Shown here piece by piece: positions 34,094 through 43,162 of a DNA stretch of 64,000 nucleotides. Source of the DNA: Chloroflexota bacterium. GTDB taxonomy: Bacteria > Chloroflexota > Anaerolineae > UBA4142. The first letter of the stretch is position 1. Each line of letters opens with the position of its first letter. The DNA lies in assembly GCA_037440625.1 (NCBI GenBank), contig JBBITT010000002.1, forward strand, positions 22,837-86,836, read 5' to 3'. The notes under the pieces are model-generated. The model searched no databases and was not told the DNA's origin. It saw only the letters and a list, made by a program, of their open reading frames with translations. A program made the translations under genes and the position numbers.

Positions 34094-36943
34094 TTGAACA
34101 ATCACCCAACTAGTCCACTCCTCATCACCCTCGATCGTTTGTTGGAGGGTAAAGCCGGCAGCTGGGTCATTAACCTGTTTGTCATTCCACTCCTTGTCAT
34201 TGTCGCACTCGTTTTACCACCTCTGGCGTTGCCGCAACGAGTGCTGAGCGCCGGTTATACCGGCATCTCCTCGACGGGCGGCAGTGTCTCTCTCCCCGAT
34301 GGCACACAATTTATCATCCCCGCTGGTGTGGTGCGAGCAAACATTAACATCAAACTGGATATGCAAACTCAAGAGGCGTTCCTCAAGAGTGTGCTCGCGC
34401 AGGACTTGCCACCGATGCTCGATGTCAAGAGTGGCGCCTATCAACCCAGTTTGCAAGGGCAAATGCCAGCCCAAGCCATTCTTTCGATTCCGATCCCGGA
34501 AGGCGTGGACCCCTTTGCCACGCTCGATGTCTATGGGTACAGTAACAAGAAATGGAGCAAGATTCCATTTCAAATGTACCTCGATGAGCAGAAACTCGAG
34601 GCGTACCTCACGACGACGATTCCCCAAGCCATCGTTTTGGTGCAAACCGGCAATCCCGCGCCCACCATTAGCGTGGACCTCAATGCCAAGACCAATTTGC
34701 CGGCGCAAGCCGGTGTCTTGCTCGCCGAAGTCAATCCGACCGGTTTGACGCTTGCCGAAAATGGCGGGATCGCCGGCACAGTGCCCGATCTGCCCGAAGT
34801 CAGCGCATCCAGCCCGTACCAGGTTTTGCCCACCGTGAGCAACTTTGATGGCGAAACCTACAACGGTGCGCTAGTGGATGAGATGCTCCAAGAGGCCACC
34901 CTGCGTCAGCAACACATCCAGACCCTGGTGGATCTCACGGTCGAAAAACTGTACCCCGGTTTGAACATTGATTATCAAAATATCAATCCCGATCAACGCC
35001 AAGCGTTCACCACCTTTGTGCGCGAGTTAGCCCAAGCGCTTCACGCCAAAGACAAGATTCTTAGCGTTACGATGGCGGTGCCGGAGCAAATATCCGTTGA
35101 TACATGGGACACCGGCGCGTTCGATTGGGATACGCTTGGACAGGTGGCCGATATCGTCAAACTACCTTTGCCCAACTATCGCGATGCGTACGTGGGCGAT
35201 GCCAATGCCCCTGTGCGCGCTTACTTGGATTGGGCAGTCGGGCGTGTGGATCGCTACAAACTGCAATTGACCTTCTCCTTGCTCGGGCGCGATGAATTTG
35301 GCTCGTCGTACGCGCCGATCAGTTTCTCGGCGGCGTCCAAGTTGATTGGTCAACCAGAATTGCCCACCAACATCGTGTCCGATACCAAGGTTACGCTCGA
35401 TCTACCCAAACTCCGCGACGGCGGCATCAAGTTCGATGCGCCGACCGGCGCGTTCTACTTTAACTACAAAGACGACAAAGGTTTCCCGCATACCGTCTAC
35501 ATCGAAACAGCGGATTCCTTTGCGAAAAAAGTTGCCCTGGCGTTCGAATACAACTTGCGCGGCATTGCCTTGCGCGATGTCTTGCCCGATGCAGTGGACG
35601 CACGTGTGTGGGATGCGGTCAAGCAATATCGGGAAGCCAAGATACCCAAATACCAAAGCAAAGCCGTGATCGTTTGGCGCGTCAACGGACAAAAGGTGGG
35701 AACTTCGCCGGCGAACGATCCGCGCTTTACGTGGACGGTACCGGCGCAACCCGGCGATGCCAAGATCGAAGCCGCGCTTTCGTTCGATGAAGGGCAATCC
35801 ATCGTTGGCACGACGGCGACGACGGTCGCACAAATCGTCAAGCCCGTGCCTACCCCCGCGCCTACCTCTGTGCCAGCGGCACCCGCCCCAACCCGTGCCC
35901 CCGCCGCCCAGCCCGCCGCGCCCGCCAGTACATTTCGCGGCAAGAACTTGTTTGCCTATGGTGCGCAACTGAACTGGACGGGCTCGCCGATTGGCATTGC
36001 CGGCGAAATGCAAACTCTGCGAGGAATGGGCTTTACGTGGGCGAAGGTTCAAATCCGTTGGTGCGAGTTTGAAGAGAACAAAGGCAATATCCAATGGGCA
36101 CGGATTGATGAACTGACCAACACCGCGGCAGCCAATGGGGTCAGTATCTTGTTCAGCATTCTTTGTGGACCCCGATGGACGGGTGCTGTTCAACGCGGCT
36201 CGGGTGGCGCGCCGGGACCGCCAAGCAATCCAAACGATTTGGGCGACTTTGTGGGTGCGGTAGCGTCGCGCTATTGCGGCAAAGGGCTGGGCGCCATCGA
36301 AGTGTGGAACGAAACGAATATGGAACGCGAGTGGGGTGCCAATCCGGTTTCCGGCGCGGACTATATTCGTTATCTCCAAGTGGCTTATACACGCATCAGG
36401 CAAGCGTGTCCCAGTATCCTTGTCGTGAGTGCGGCACCTACACCGACCGGCGTAACTGCGCCGGGCTATATGGACGATGTGGCGTACTTGCACCAGATGT
36501 ATCAAGCCGGCTTGAAGAACTATAGCGATGCGATTGGTGTGCATCCCAGCGGCTTTTGCAACTCGCCCGATGCACGAGTTGGCGCACCCAACGTCTGCGG
36601 CGGCAGTTACAATAATCATCGCTCCTTCTTCTTCCGCGAGACGATGGAAGCGTACCGTGCAGTGATGGTGCAGTACGGCGATAGCAACAAACAACTCTGG
36701 CCCACCGAGTTTGGTTGGGCTTCTGCACCCAATCCCCATCCCGACTTTTTGTACGCCAAGAACATTTCGCTCGAGATGCAAGCCCAGTGGTTGGAGCAAG
36801 CATACCGGATGATGAAATCGTGGGGCTGGGTTGGCGTGGCGATTCTGTGGAATCTCGACTTTACCGACTTGAGCAACGAGACCGGCGCGTTCCATGTGCT
36901 AGGGCGACCGGCGCAATCGAGACTGGCGGCAATGCCCAAGTAG
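34094..36943 (+). CDS. Membrane-anchored multidomain protein: GH18-like domain (catalytic Glu replaced), Pro/Ala linker, clan GH-A (GH5-like) domain
   Basis: TTG start and an N-terminal TM helix. GLNIDYQNI sits where GH18 enzymes carry DGxDxDWE. PVPTPAPTSVPAAPAPTRAPAAQPAAPA linker. C-terminal ..IEVWNETN.. and ..LWPTEFGW.., the acid/base and nucleophile Glu pattern of clan GH-A. Confidence 0.7.
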   Translation: MNNHPTSPLLITLDRLLEGKAGSWVINLFVIPLLVIVALVLPPLALPQRVLSAGYTGISSTGGSVSLPDGTQFIIPAGVVRANINIKLDMQTQEAFLKSVLAQDLPPMLDVKSGAYQPSLQGQMPAQAILSIPIPEGVDPFATLDVYGYSNKKWSKIPFQMYLDEQKLEAYLTTTIPQAIVLVQTGNPAPTISVDLNAKTNLPAQAGVLLAEVNPTGLTLAENGGIAGTVPDLPEVSASSPYQVLPTVSNFDGETYNGALVDEMLQEATLRQQHIQTLVDLTVEKLYPGLNIDYQNINPDQRQAFTTFVRELAQALHAKDKILSVTMAVPEQISVDTWDTGAFDWDTLGQVADIVKLPLPNYRDAYVGDANAPVRAYLDWAVGRVDRYKLQLTFSLLGRDEFGSSYAPISFSAASKLIGQPELPTNIVSDTKVTLDLPKLRDGGIKFDAPTGAFYFNYKDDKGFPHTVYIETADSFAKKVALAFEYNLRGIALRDVLPDAVDARVWDAVKQYREAKIPKYQSKAVIVWRVNGQKVGTSPANDPRFTWTVPAQPGDAKIEAALSFDEGQSIVGTTATTVAQIVKPVPTPAPTSVPAAPAPTRAPAAQPAAPASTFRGKNLFAYGAQLNWTGSPIGIAGEMQTLRGMGFTWAKVQIRWCEFEENKGNIQWARIDELTNTAAANGVSILFSILCGPRWTGAVQRGSGGAPGPPSNPNDLGDFVGAVASRYCGKGLGAIEVWNETNMEREWGANPVSGADYIRYLQVAYTRIRQACPSILVVSAAPTPTGVTAPGYMDDVAYLHQMYQAGLKNYSDAIGVHPSGFCNSPDARVGAPNVCGGSYNNHRSFFFRETMEAYRAVMVQYGDSNKQLWPTEFGWASAPNPHPDFLYAKNISLEMQAQWLEQAYRMMKSWGWVGVAILWNLDFTDLSNETGAFHVLGRPAQSRLAAMPK

Positions 36944-36947
36944 AACG

Positions 36948-36985
36948 AAACCCGGGAGGTGTGAAAACCTTCCGGGGTTTTGTTT
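36948..36985 (+). terminator. Intrinsic terminator after the glycoside-hydrolase-like gene
   Basis: AAACCCGGGAGG ... CCTTCCGGGGTTT, followed by TGTTT. Confidence 0.65.
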
Positions 36986-36988
36986 CGC

Positions 36989-37017
36989 TTGACGCGCCGG
37001 TGCGTGCAGAGTAGAAT
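36989..37017 (+). promoter_or_regulatory. Promoter predicting a leaderless mRNA
   Basis: TTGACG (36989-36994), a 17-nt spacer, then TAGAAT (37012-37017). An in-frame GTG lies at 37025, 7 nt after the -10. Confidence 0.5.
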
Positions 37018-37024
37018 CTCGGTT

Positions 37025-37987
37025 GTGAAACTCACCTATCTTCCAACCGATCAAGCCATCGGCATGATACTGGTTCACAACATTGTTGGCACGGATGGAC
37101 GCAAAGTTTTGTCCAAAGGTCATGTACTAACGCCCGATGATGTGGCTCAGTTACGCGCGCTCGACAAAGCATCGGTGTATGTCGCCGTGTTGGAGCCGGA
37201 CGATGTGCGCGAAGACGAGGCGGCGATATACCTTGCACGCATTGTTGCCGGCGATGGCGTTGAGTTGAGCTTGCCAAGTGGTGGGCGCGTCAATTTTTGG
37301 GCGACCCAAGCCGGCGTCTTGCGAGTGAATCGCGATGCGTTGCGGCGCGTGAATGAACTGCCCGGCGTAACCCTGGCGACTAGACCGGGCTATACGTTTC
37401 TTGTGCCGCGCAAAATGTTTGCCACCCTCAAAACGATTGGACTCGCTTTGCCGGCATCTACGTTGCGCCGTGCTGAACAAGTGGGTCGCGTGTTCGATGT
37501 GGTTGCACCACAGATCGAGCGCGTGGCAATTTTGTTGACCGGGAGCGAGGCGGGACGCAAGCGCACCGAAGAAACTTTTCTGCCGCCATTACGCGCCCGC
37601 ATCGAAACACTGGGGGCACGCGTGGTTGCAGAAGCATATTGCGATGAGAATGCAGAGGCGATTCACGTAACGCTGGTGGGCTTGCTGGGAGCGGGGGCGC
37701 AGTTGATCATCCTTGCCGGCGAAACTTCGATTATGGATGCGGATGACATTGTGCCACGCGGCATCCAGCAAGCCGGTGCCCACATCGAACTGTACGGCGC
37801 GCCGGTGGAGCCGGGAAATCTATTGTTGCTGGCGTATCAGGACAATGTGCCCATCATCGGTGCGCCGGGGTGCGTCAAATCACGCGAGACCAATGTGGTA
37901 GATTTGATTCTGCCGCGCTTGTTGATCGGGGAAAGAATTTCGCGCGCGGATGTAATCGAGATGGCAGAAGGGGGCTTGCTCATCTAA
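37025..37987 (+). CDS. Molybdopterin-binding (MoeA/MoCF-biosynthesis-like) domain protein
   Basis: The C-terminal ..VEPGNLLLLAY....PIIGAPGCVKS.. resembles the MoeA/MoCF fold. The ORF opens at 36980 inside the terminator, so GTG 37025 is preferred. Confidence 0.6.
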   Translation: MKLTYLPTDQAIGMILVHNIVGTDGRKVLSKGHVLTPDDVAQLRALDKASVYVAVLEPDDVREDEAAIYLARIVAGDGVELSLPSGGRVNFWATQAGVLRVNRDALRRVNELPGVTLATRPGYTFLVPRKMFATLKTIGLALPASTLRRAEQVGRVFDVVAPQIERVAILLTGSEAGRKRTEETFLPPLRARIETLGARVVAEAYCDENAEAIHVTLVGLLGAGAQLIILAGETSIMDADDIVPRGIQQAGAHIELYGAPVEPGNLLLLAYQDNVPIIGAPGCVKSRETNVVDLILPRLLIGERISRADVIEMAEGGLLI

Positions 37988-38010
37988 AGGAGGCGGTCGG
38001 CAGTAGGCGC

Positions 38011-38047
38011 AAAACAAAAGGCAGAGATAATCCGAGTTCTCTGCCTT
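38011..38047 (-). terminator. Intrinsic terminator of the efflux operon
   Basis: AAGGCAGAGA (38018-27) pairs with TCTCTGCCTT (38038-47). On the minus strand it is followed by TTTTGTTTT. Confidence 0.7.
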
Positions 38048-38061
38048 CTGCATACTGGCTT

Positions 38062-39306
38062 TTACTTGAGCAACGCGTCTGCCGGCATTCCCGGCTTTAA
38101 CTCCAAATTCGGATTCGCAATCTGCAACTTGACCGCAAACACGGTGTTCACGCGTTCGGCTTTGGTTTGCACGTTACGTGGGGTAAACTCGGCTTGCGTG
38201 CTGATGAACACCACTTTGCCTTTGAAGGCTTTGCCGGGAAATGAATCTACATAGACCTCAAACTCATCCCCCAGTTTGATTTGACCAATGCGCGTTTCGG
38301 GAACATAGATCGTCAACTTGACCGCATCCAGATTGGTTACGCCAAGCAGGATCGTATTGGGCGCGGCAATTTCACCCAAGCGTGCCGCGCGGCGTGAGAC
38401 AATGCCATTGACCGGACTGGTCAAGGTCATCTTGGCGGATTGAACTTGCAAAATTCCTAGCGCGGCTTCGGCTTGTTTCACCGCCGCTTCGGCGATGGCA
38501 AGCTGCTCTTTGGTGGCGCCGGCTTTGAGCGCGTCCAAGCGTGCTTGCGCCACCTCCGCTGCCGCAACACTCGCATCGTATTGTGCTTTGGCGGAATCCA
38601 CTTGAGCGTTGAGCGTCAGCGGGTTGTTCCGCATATCGAGAAGAATCTGCAAACTCTTTGCCGCGCCCTCATAACCGGCTTGCGCGGTGAGCACTGCCGC
38701 TTCTGCCGCCGCCCATTGTTCCACAATCACCTTGCCTTCCACCCGGGTTTGATCCACGCCACCAATGGCATCCACGCGCGCTTTGGCGGCAGAGGCATTG
38801 GCTTTTGCCGCATCCCATTGAAACTTGGCGGCTTTGAGTTGTGTCTCCGCCGCCGCGATGCGCGCCTCCAACTCTTGCGGATTCGCGCGCGCGGCTTTGG
38901 CATTTTCCCACGCTTGCTTGGCGCCATCGCGCGCGGCAATCGCTTGTGCCAGCGCGGCTTCGGCTTGACGAATCTCTTCCGCGCGCGCGCCGGCTTTAAG
39001 TTGCGCAAGTTGCGCCTGCGCCGTACTCACCGCCGCTTGCGCTTGCGCGATTTGCGCGTTCAACAAGGTTCGATCCAGACGAATCAATTCTTGCCCGGCA
39101 GTAACCCGATCGCCTTCCTCAACGGTGATGGCTTGAATGCGTCCACCGACTTCGGCGGCGATGGCAATCTCTTCGCCCTCGATAAAACCGGAGGCGGTGT
39201 TTGCTTCGATGCCGGCGGTGTACGTAGAATATGCCCAGTATCCAATCAAGGCGAGCACAATCAAGGGAATCACGATCATGGCTTGTTTCGGCGGACGATG
39301 TGGCAT
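38062..39306 (-). CDS. HlyD-family periplasmic adaptor (long coiled coil)
   Basis: TM anchor, lipoyl-like ..GRIQAITVEEGDRVTAGQELIRLD.., an Ala/Gln-rich coiled coil, and a beta-barrel C-terminus. ATG 39306 is preceded by GGAGG. Confidence 0.85.
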   Translation of the reverse strand: MPHRPPKQAMIVIPLIVLALIGYWAYSTYTAGIEANTASGFIEGEEIAIAAEVGGRIQAITVEEGDRVTAGQELIRLDRTLLNAQIAQAQAAVSTAQAQLAQLKAGARAEEIRQAEAALAQAIAARDGAKQAWENAKAARANPQELEARIAAAETQLKAAKFQWDAAKANASAAKARVDAIGGVDQTRVEGKVIVEQWAAAEAAVLTAQAGYEGAAKSLQILLDMRNNPLTLNAQVDSAKAQYDASVAAAEVAQARLDALKAGATKEQLAIAEAAVKQAEAALGILQVQSAKMTLTSPVNGIVSRRAARLGEIAAPNTILLGVTNLDAVKLTIYVPETRIGQIKLGDEFEVYVDSFPGKAFKGKVVFISTQAEFTPRNVQTKAERVNTVFAVKLQIANPNLELKPGMPADALLK

Positions 39307-39326
39307 AGGAACCTCCAATGTATTTT

Positions 39327-39400
39327 GTCATTCCGAGTGAAGCGAGGAATCTCTCAAACAACTTGATTGCTTCGCCGCAACGCACGCGGCTCGCAATGCC
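39327..39400. repeat. Family A palindromic element (GTCATTSCGAG ... CTCGCAATGMC)
   Basis: GTCATTCCGAGTGAAGCGAGGAATCTC ... GATTGCTTCGCC ... GGCTCGCAATGCC, in the spacer between the ATPase and HlyD genes. Confidence 0.7.
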
Positions 39401-39404
39401 ATTC

Positions 39405-40346
39405 TTATTGGTCATTCAAATCAACGTTTCTCAAGCGTGCGATGAACACATCTTCCAACGAGGGGACGATGATCTCCGCGCTCTGGACGGCGATTCCTTT
39501 CGCTGCTAGCGTTGTGCGCATCGTTGCAACTTTCTCCTCTAAGCCACGACCGATCGCGTGAATGAATGAACCATAGAGCGCAACTTCATCAAACAATTTC
39601 GATTCACGCAAAGCGATCAGCGCGGCGTCAATCGGTTCACAATCAATTTCGAGGACTTGGTCTTGCATCTCTTTGAATTTCATTGCTTGCGGCGTGCCTT
39701 CCGCCACAATGTTGCCGCGATAGATGAACGCGAGACGATGACAGTTTTCTGCTTCGTCCATATAGTGTGTGGTAACCAGAATACTCGTGCCGCGTTCGGC
39801 AAGATCGTAAATCAAATCCCACAGCACGCGGCGCGAAATCGGGTCCACGCCCGCCGTGGGCTCATCGAGAAACAAAAATTCCGGTTCGTGTGCCAACGCA
39901 CACGCAAGCGCAAGGCGTTGCCGCAAGCCGCCCGCCAGACTCGCCACGCGCGTTTCATCTTCACCAACCAGACCAACCCTCTGCAACACGTACGCGCGCC
40001 GTTCGGCGATTTTTTCACGCGGGACGCCATACACGCCGCCGTAGAAATCAAAATTCTCGCGCACGGTCAGATCGGGATAGAGCGAAAATTTTTGCGAGAC
40101 ATAGCCCACGCGCTTGCGAATCTCTTCCGCTTGTGCGACGATATCGAATCCCAGCACATTGCCGCTGCCCGATGTCGGGGCAAGCAAACCGAGCAACATC
40201 CGAATCGTCGTCGTCTTGCCGGCGCCGTTCGGTCCCAGCAAGCCATAGATTTCGCCGCGATGAACGGCGAACGACACGTTATCTACGGCGACAAAGTGAT
40301 CAAAGTGCTTGGTGAGGGATTGTACGGAAAGAGCGAGTGCATTCAT
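39405..40346 (-). CDS. ABC transporter ATP-binding protein
   Basis: Walker A GPNGAGKTT, signature LAGGLRQR, Walker B FLFLDEP. Confidence 0.9.
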   Translation of the reverse strand: MNALALSVQSLTKHFDHFVAVDNVSFAVHRGEIYGLLGPNGAGKTTTIRMLLGLLAPTSGSGNVLGFDIVAQAEEIRKRVGYVSQKFSLYPDLTVRENFDFYGGVYGVPREKIAERRAYVLQRVGLVGEDETRVASLAGGLRQRLALACALAHEPEFLFLDEPTAGVDPISRRVLWDLIYDLAERGTSILVTTHYMDEAENCHRLAFIYRGNIVAEGTPQAMKFKEMQDQVLEIDCEPIDAALIALRESKLFDEVALYGSFIHAIGRGLEEKVATMRTTLAAKGIAVQSAEIIVPSLEDVFIARLRNVDLNDQ

Positions 40347-41320
40347 ATTTCAATTGACGGAGAACGGATGACCGATGACGGAACCTCCGATCTGTTTTCA
40401 GTCGGCCGGCGCCGGTCTTCCGTCAGCATAAGAACAAACGCATCTTCCAAACGTGCCTTGACCTCGCGTGGTTGTTCAACCACGATGCCGCATGCTTGCC
40501 ACACCGATTCTAGTTGAGCCATCCGTTCCATGCGATCCACCAGCAAGCGAATCAGGTTCCCATGCGCCGATACACTCAATACGCCGTCTTGATGTTCAAC
40601 GGCATGGCGCGCCGCGAGGGCCTGTTCCGAGTGCGCTTCCAAAACGATGGCATCCAAATCCTCGCGGAGTTTGCGTGGGTCGTCGCACGCGATCAACTTG
40701 CCCCGATAGAGCAAGCCCACGCGCGTGCATCGTTCGGCTTCATCCAGGTACGGCGTACTAATCACGATGGTAACACCTTGCAAGTGCACCTCGGTCAGCA
40801 AATCCCAAAACTCGCGCCGACTCACCGGGTCAACGCCGGTCGTTGGCTCATCCAGCAACAGCACGCGTGGACGATGCATCAACGTTGCCGCGAGGGCGAG
40901 TTTCTTTTGCATGCCGCCGGACAAGTTGCGCGCGAGCCGCGTTTGAAATTCGGTGAGGCGCGCAAAGCCGAGCAACCGATGGATCAACTCGGCACGTTGC
41001 GCACGCGGCGAACCAAACACATCGGCAAAAAAATTCAGATTTTCGAGAACGGTCAAATCCGGATAGAGCGCAAAACGTTGCGGCATATAGCCAATCATTT
41101 TTTTCACCGCTTCGGGCTCGCTGACCGTATCCACGCCACCCACACTCACGTGCCCGGTGGTGGGATTCATCGCCGTCGAGATGACGCGCAGCGTCGTCGT
41201 CTTGCCGGCACCATCGGGTCCGATGAGCCCAAAGACTTCGCCGGGTTGAATCGTGAGAGAGAGATTGTTGATGGCGATCGTTGAATCGAATTGCTTGGTC
41301 AGATTGGTGATCGAGATCAT
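40343..41320 (-). CDS. ABC transporter ATP-binding protein (second ATPase)
   Basis: Walker A GPDGAGKTT, signature LSGGMQKK, Walker B LLLLDEP. The C-terminal ~25 aa are encoded by a heptamer-repeat hairpin. Confidence 0.9.
   Translation of the reverse strand: MISITNLTKQFDSTIAINNLSLTIQPGEVFGLIGPDGAGKTTTLRVISTAMNPTTGHVSVGGVDTVSEPEAVKKMIGYMPQRFALYPDLTVLENLNFFADVFGSPRAQRAELIHRLLGFARLTEFQTRLARNLSGGMQKKLALAATLMHRPRVLLLDEPTTGVDPVSRREFWDLLTEVHLQGVTIVISTPYLDEAERCTRVGLLYRGKLIACDDPRKLREDLDAIVLEAHSEQALAARHAVEHQDGVLSVSAHGNLIRLLVDRMERMAQLESVWQACGIVVEQPREVKARLEDAFVLMLTEDRRRPTENRSEVPSSVIRSPSIEI
40356..40425. repeat. GACGGAN heptamer hairpin overlapping the junction of the two ATPase genes
   Basis: GACGGAG AACGGAT GACCGAT GACGGAA ... 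GGTCTTCCGTCA. The outer arms TGACGGAGAAC / GTCTTCCGTCA are nearly complementary. Confidence 0.55.
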
Positions 41321-41333
41321 TGTTGTGTCGCTA

Positions 41334-41368
41334 TTTCGTTAAATCGTTGCATCGTTGCGTCGTTGAGG
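41334..41368. repeat. Four tandem octamers TCGTTRNN
   Basis: TCGTTAAA TCGTTGCA TCGTTGCG TCGTTGAG, in the permease-ATPase spacer. Confidence 0.6.
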
Positions 41369-41370
41369 TG

Positions 41371-42492
41371 TTATTCCAGACTCTTGTGGAAACGCCGCGA
41401 TGCCGCAAATAAAATGAGCGGACCGAGAATGACAAGCGCAATCACCGGCTCGCTGATGGATGGGAGCCCGACCCCTTTCAAAATTATCCCGCGAATGATG
41501 ACGAGCATATAGCGTAAGGGAATGACGTAACTAATTGCTTGCAACCATCCTGGCATCGCTTCGATGGGAAAGAAAAAACCGGAAATGAAAATGCCGGGAA
41601 ACAATACCAGAAACGTAGAGAGCATTGCTTCTTGTTGCGTTCTGGCGATGCTCGAAATCAACAGCCCCTGCCCCAACGTGGTCAGCAGAAAAACCAGCGA
41701 GATCAAAAAGAGCAAGACCAAATCGCCGCGAATCGGCACGCCAAACAACAAGACTCCCAACGCCAGGATTTCCACTAGATCGAAAAAGGCGATAAAGACG
41801 TACGGGACGATCTTGCCGACGACAAGTTCCCAGGGTTGAATAGGCGTAACGACGAGTTGTTCAATCGTCCCTTGCTCGCGTTCGCGCACGATAGCGAGCG
41901 CGGTAAACAACCCCGTGAGAAATTGGAGAATCATTCCGATCAAGCCGGGAATCATATAGTTGGCAGATTTCAATTCCGGGTTGTACCACACGCGCGGTCG
42001 AATATCAATCCCGCCTAGGCGTGTAACATCCACGCCCAGACGTTGTTGCACAATCTTGATGCTTTGGGCTTGCCCCACCAATTGGGAAGCAGAAAAGGCC
42101 GTGGAGGCAACCAAGGGATCTGAGCCATCAATAATGACAGCGGCTTGGGCGGCGGTTCCGCGCGCCAGGTTGTCGCCAAAGCCAGCGGGGATGACAATGC
42201 CAACGCGAACTTCGCCGCGATCCAACAAAAGTGCCAATTCCTCTTCGTTCACGACGTAATGGCTGATTCGAAAATAATCGGATGCGCGAAATGCTTCGAT
42301 CAACTGCCGGCTTTGTAGCGTCTTGTCCGCGTCGAACACGCCGGTGTTCAAACGCCGCACATCATTGGTTGCCGCATAGCCCAGCAAAATCAATTGAATG
42401 ATCGGAATGAGAAACATAATCGCGAGCGTGCGGGGGTCGCGGAGAATGTGAATAAATTCTTTGCGGATGATCGAGAGCAAGCGTGAATTCAT
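41371..42492 (-). CDS. ABC-2 type transporter permease
   Basis: 373 aa: N-terminal TM helix, a large periplasmic loop, and 5 C-terminal TM helices (YbhS/YbhR-like layout). Confidence 0.85.
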   Translation of the reverse strand: MNSRLLSIIRKEFIHILRDPRTLAIMFLIPIIQLILLGYAATNDVRRLNTGVFDADKTLQSRQLIEAFRASDYFRISHYVVNEEELALLLDRGEVRVGIVIPAGFGDNLARGTAAQAAVIIDGSDPLVASTAFSASQLVGQAQSIKIVQQRLGVDVTRLGGIDIRPRVWYNPELKSANYMIPGLIGMILQFLTGLFTALAIVREREQGTIEQLVVTPIQPWELVVGKIVPYVFIAFFDLVEILALGVLLFGVPIRGDLVLLFLISLVFLLTTLGQGLLISSIARTQQEAMLSTFLVLFPGIFISGFFFPIEAMPGWLQAISYVIPLRYMLVIIRGIILKGVGLPSISEPVIALVILGPLILFAASRRFHKSLE

Positions 42493-43148
42493 TTCGATTT
42501 CCTCTTGGGTGCGTCCGCCATTACGCCGCGCAAAAAGAGCGGCACGAGTGTCTGAATGATTTCATCATAGGTCCAATCTTGATCGTTCTCCACCTGCAAG
42601 ACTTCGCGGATCAGTATAAACGGAAAGAATAATCCGATAAAGGCGCGGGCGAGAGGGCGCGGCTCAAGATCGCGCCGAAAAACGCCGCGTTTGATTTGTT
42701 GGTTGAAATACGATTCGAGCATGGTTAAAGCGTAGCGGATGGTCTGATTTAAATATTTGTCGCGTGCGGCTTGGGGCATCGTGGGCAACGTCGAGAGGAG
42801 AATGCGAAAGACGGGCGCGTTCTGTTGAATCGTGGCAATCATATTTTGCACTAGTGTTATGAGCATCTGTTCAGGGGGCAGGGTATCGCTGGTGATCAGG
42901 GTCATCCGCGCGCTCATCGTTTCGACCGTAGGTTGAATGGCTTGGCGCGGAATGTTGATCAGCAAATCGCCCTTGTTTTTGAAATAATTGTAGATGGATC
43001 CTTCGGCGATACCGGCGGCACGCGCGATCTCCGCAATCGTGGCGCGTTCGTATCCTTTTTGAGCAAACACGCGCGCGGCGGCATCCAGAATTTGTTTGCG
43101 GCGCTCTTCGGTGAGCGCGCGCCGGGCTTGGCGGCTAAGCTTGGGCAC
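42489..43148 (-). CDS. TetR/AcrR-family transcriptional regulator
   Basis: N-terminal HTH ..ILDAAARVFAQKGYERATIAEIARAAGIAEGSIYNYFKNK... GTG start and ATGA-type overlap with the permease gene. Confidence 0.9.
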   Translation of the reverse strand: MPKLSRQARRALTEERRKQILDAAARVFAQKGYERATIAEIARAAGIAEGSIYNYFKNKGDLLINIPRQAIQPTVETMSARMTLITSDTLPPEQMLITLVQNMIATIQQNAPVFRILLSTLPTMPQAARDKYLNQTIRYALTMLESYFNQQIKRGVFRRDLEPRPLARAFIGLFFPFILIREVLQVENDQDWTYDEIIQTLVPLFLRGVMADAPKRKSK

Positions 43149-43162
43149 TGGCTTGACTCTTG

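Noticed and set aside
35402-36895. 497-aa ORF on the minus strand, antisense to the large glycoside-hydrolase-like gene
   Set aside because: Arg/Gly/His/Ala-rich composition with no recognisable motif. It lies entirely antisense to a gene with clear domain signatures, which is typical of spurious antisense frames in GC-rich DNA.
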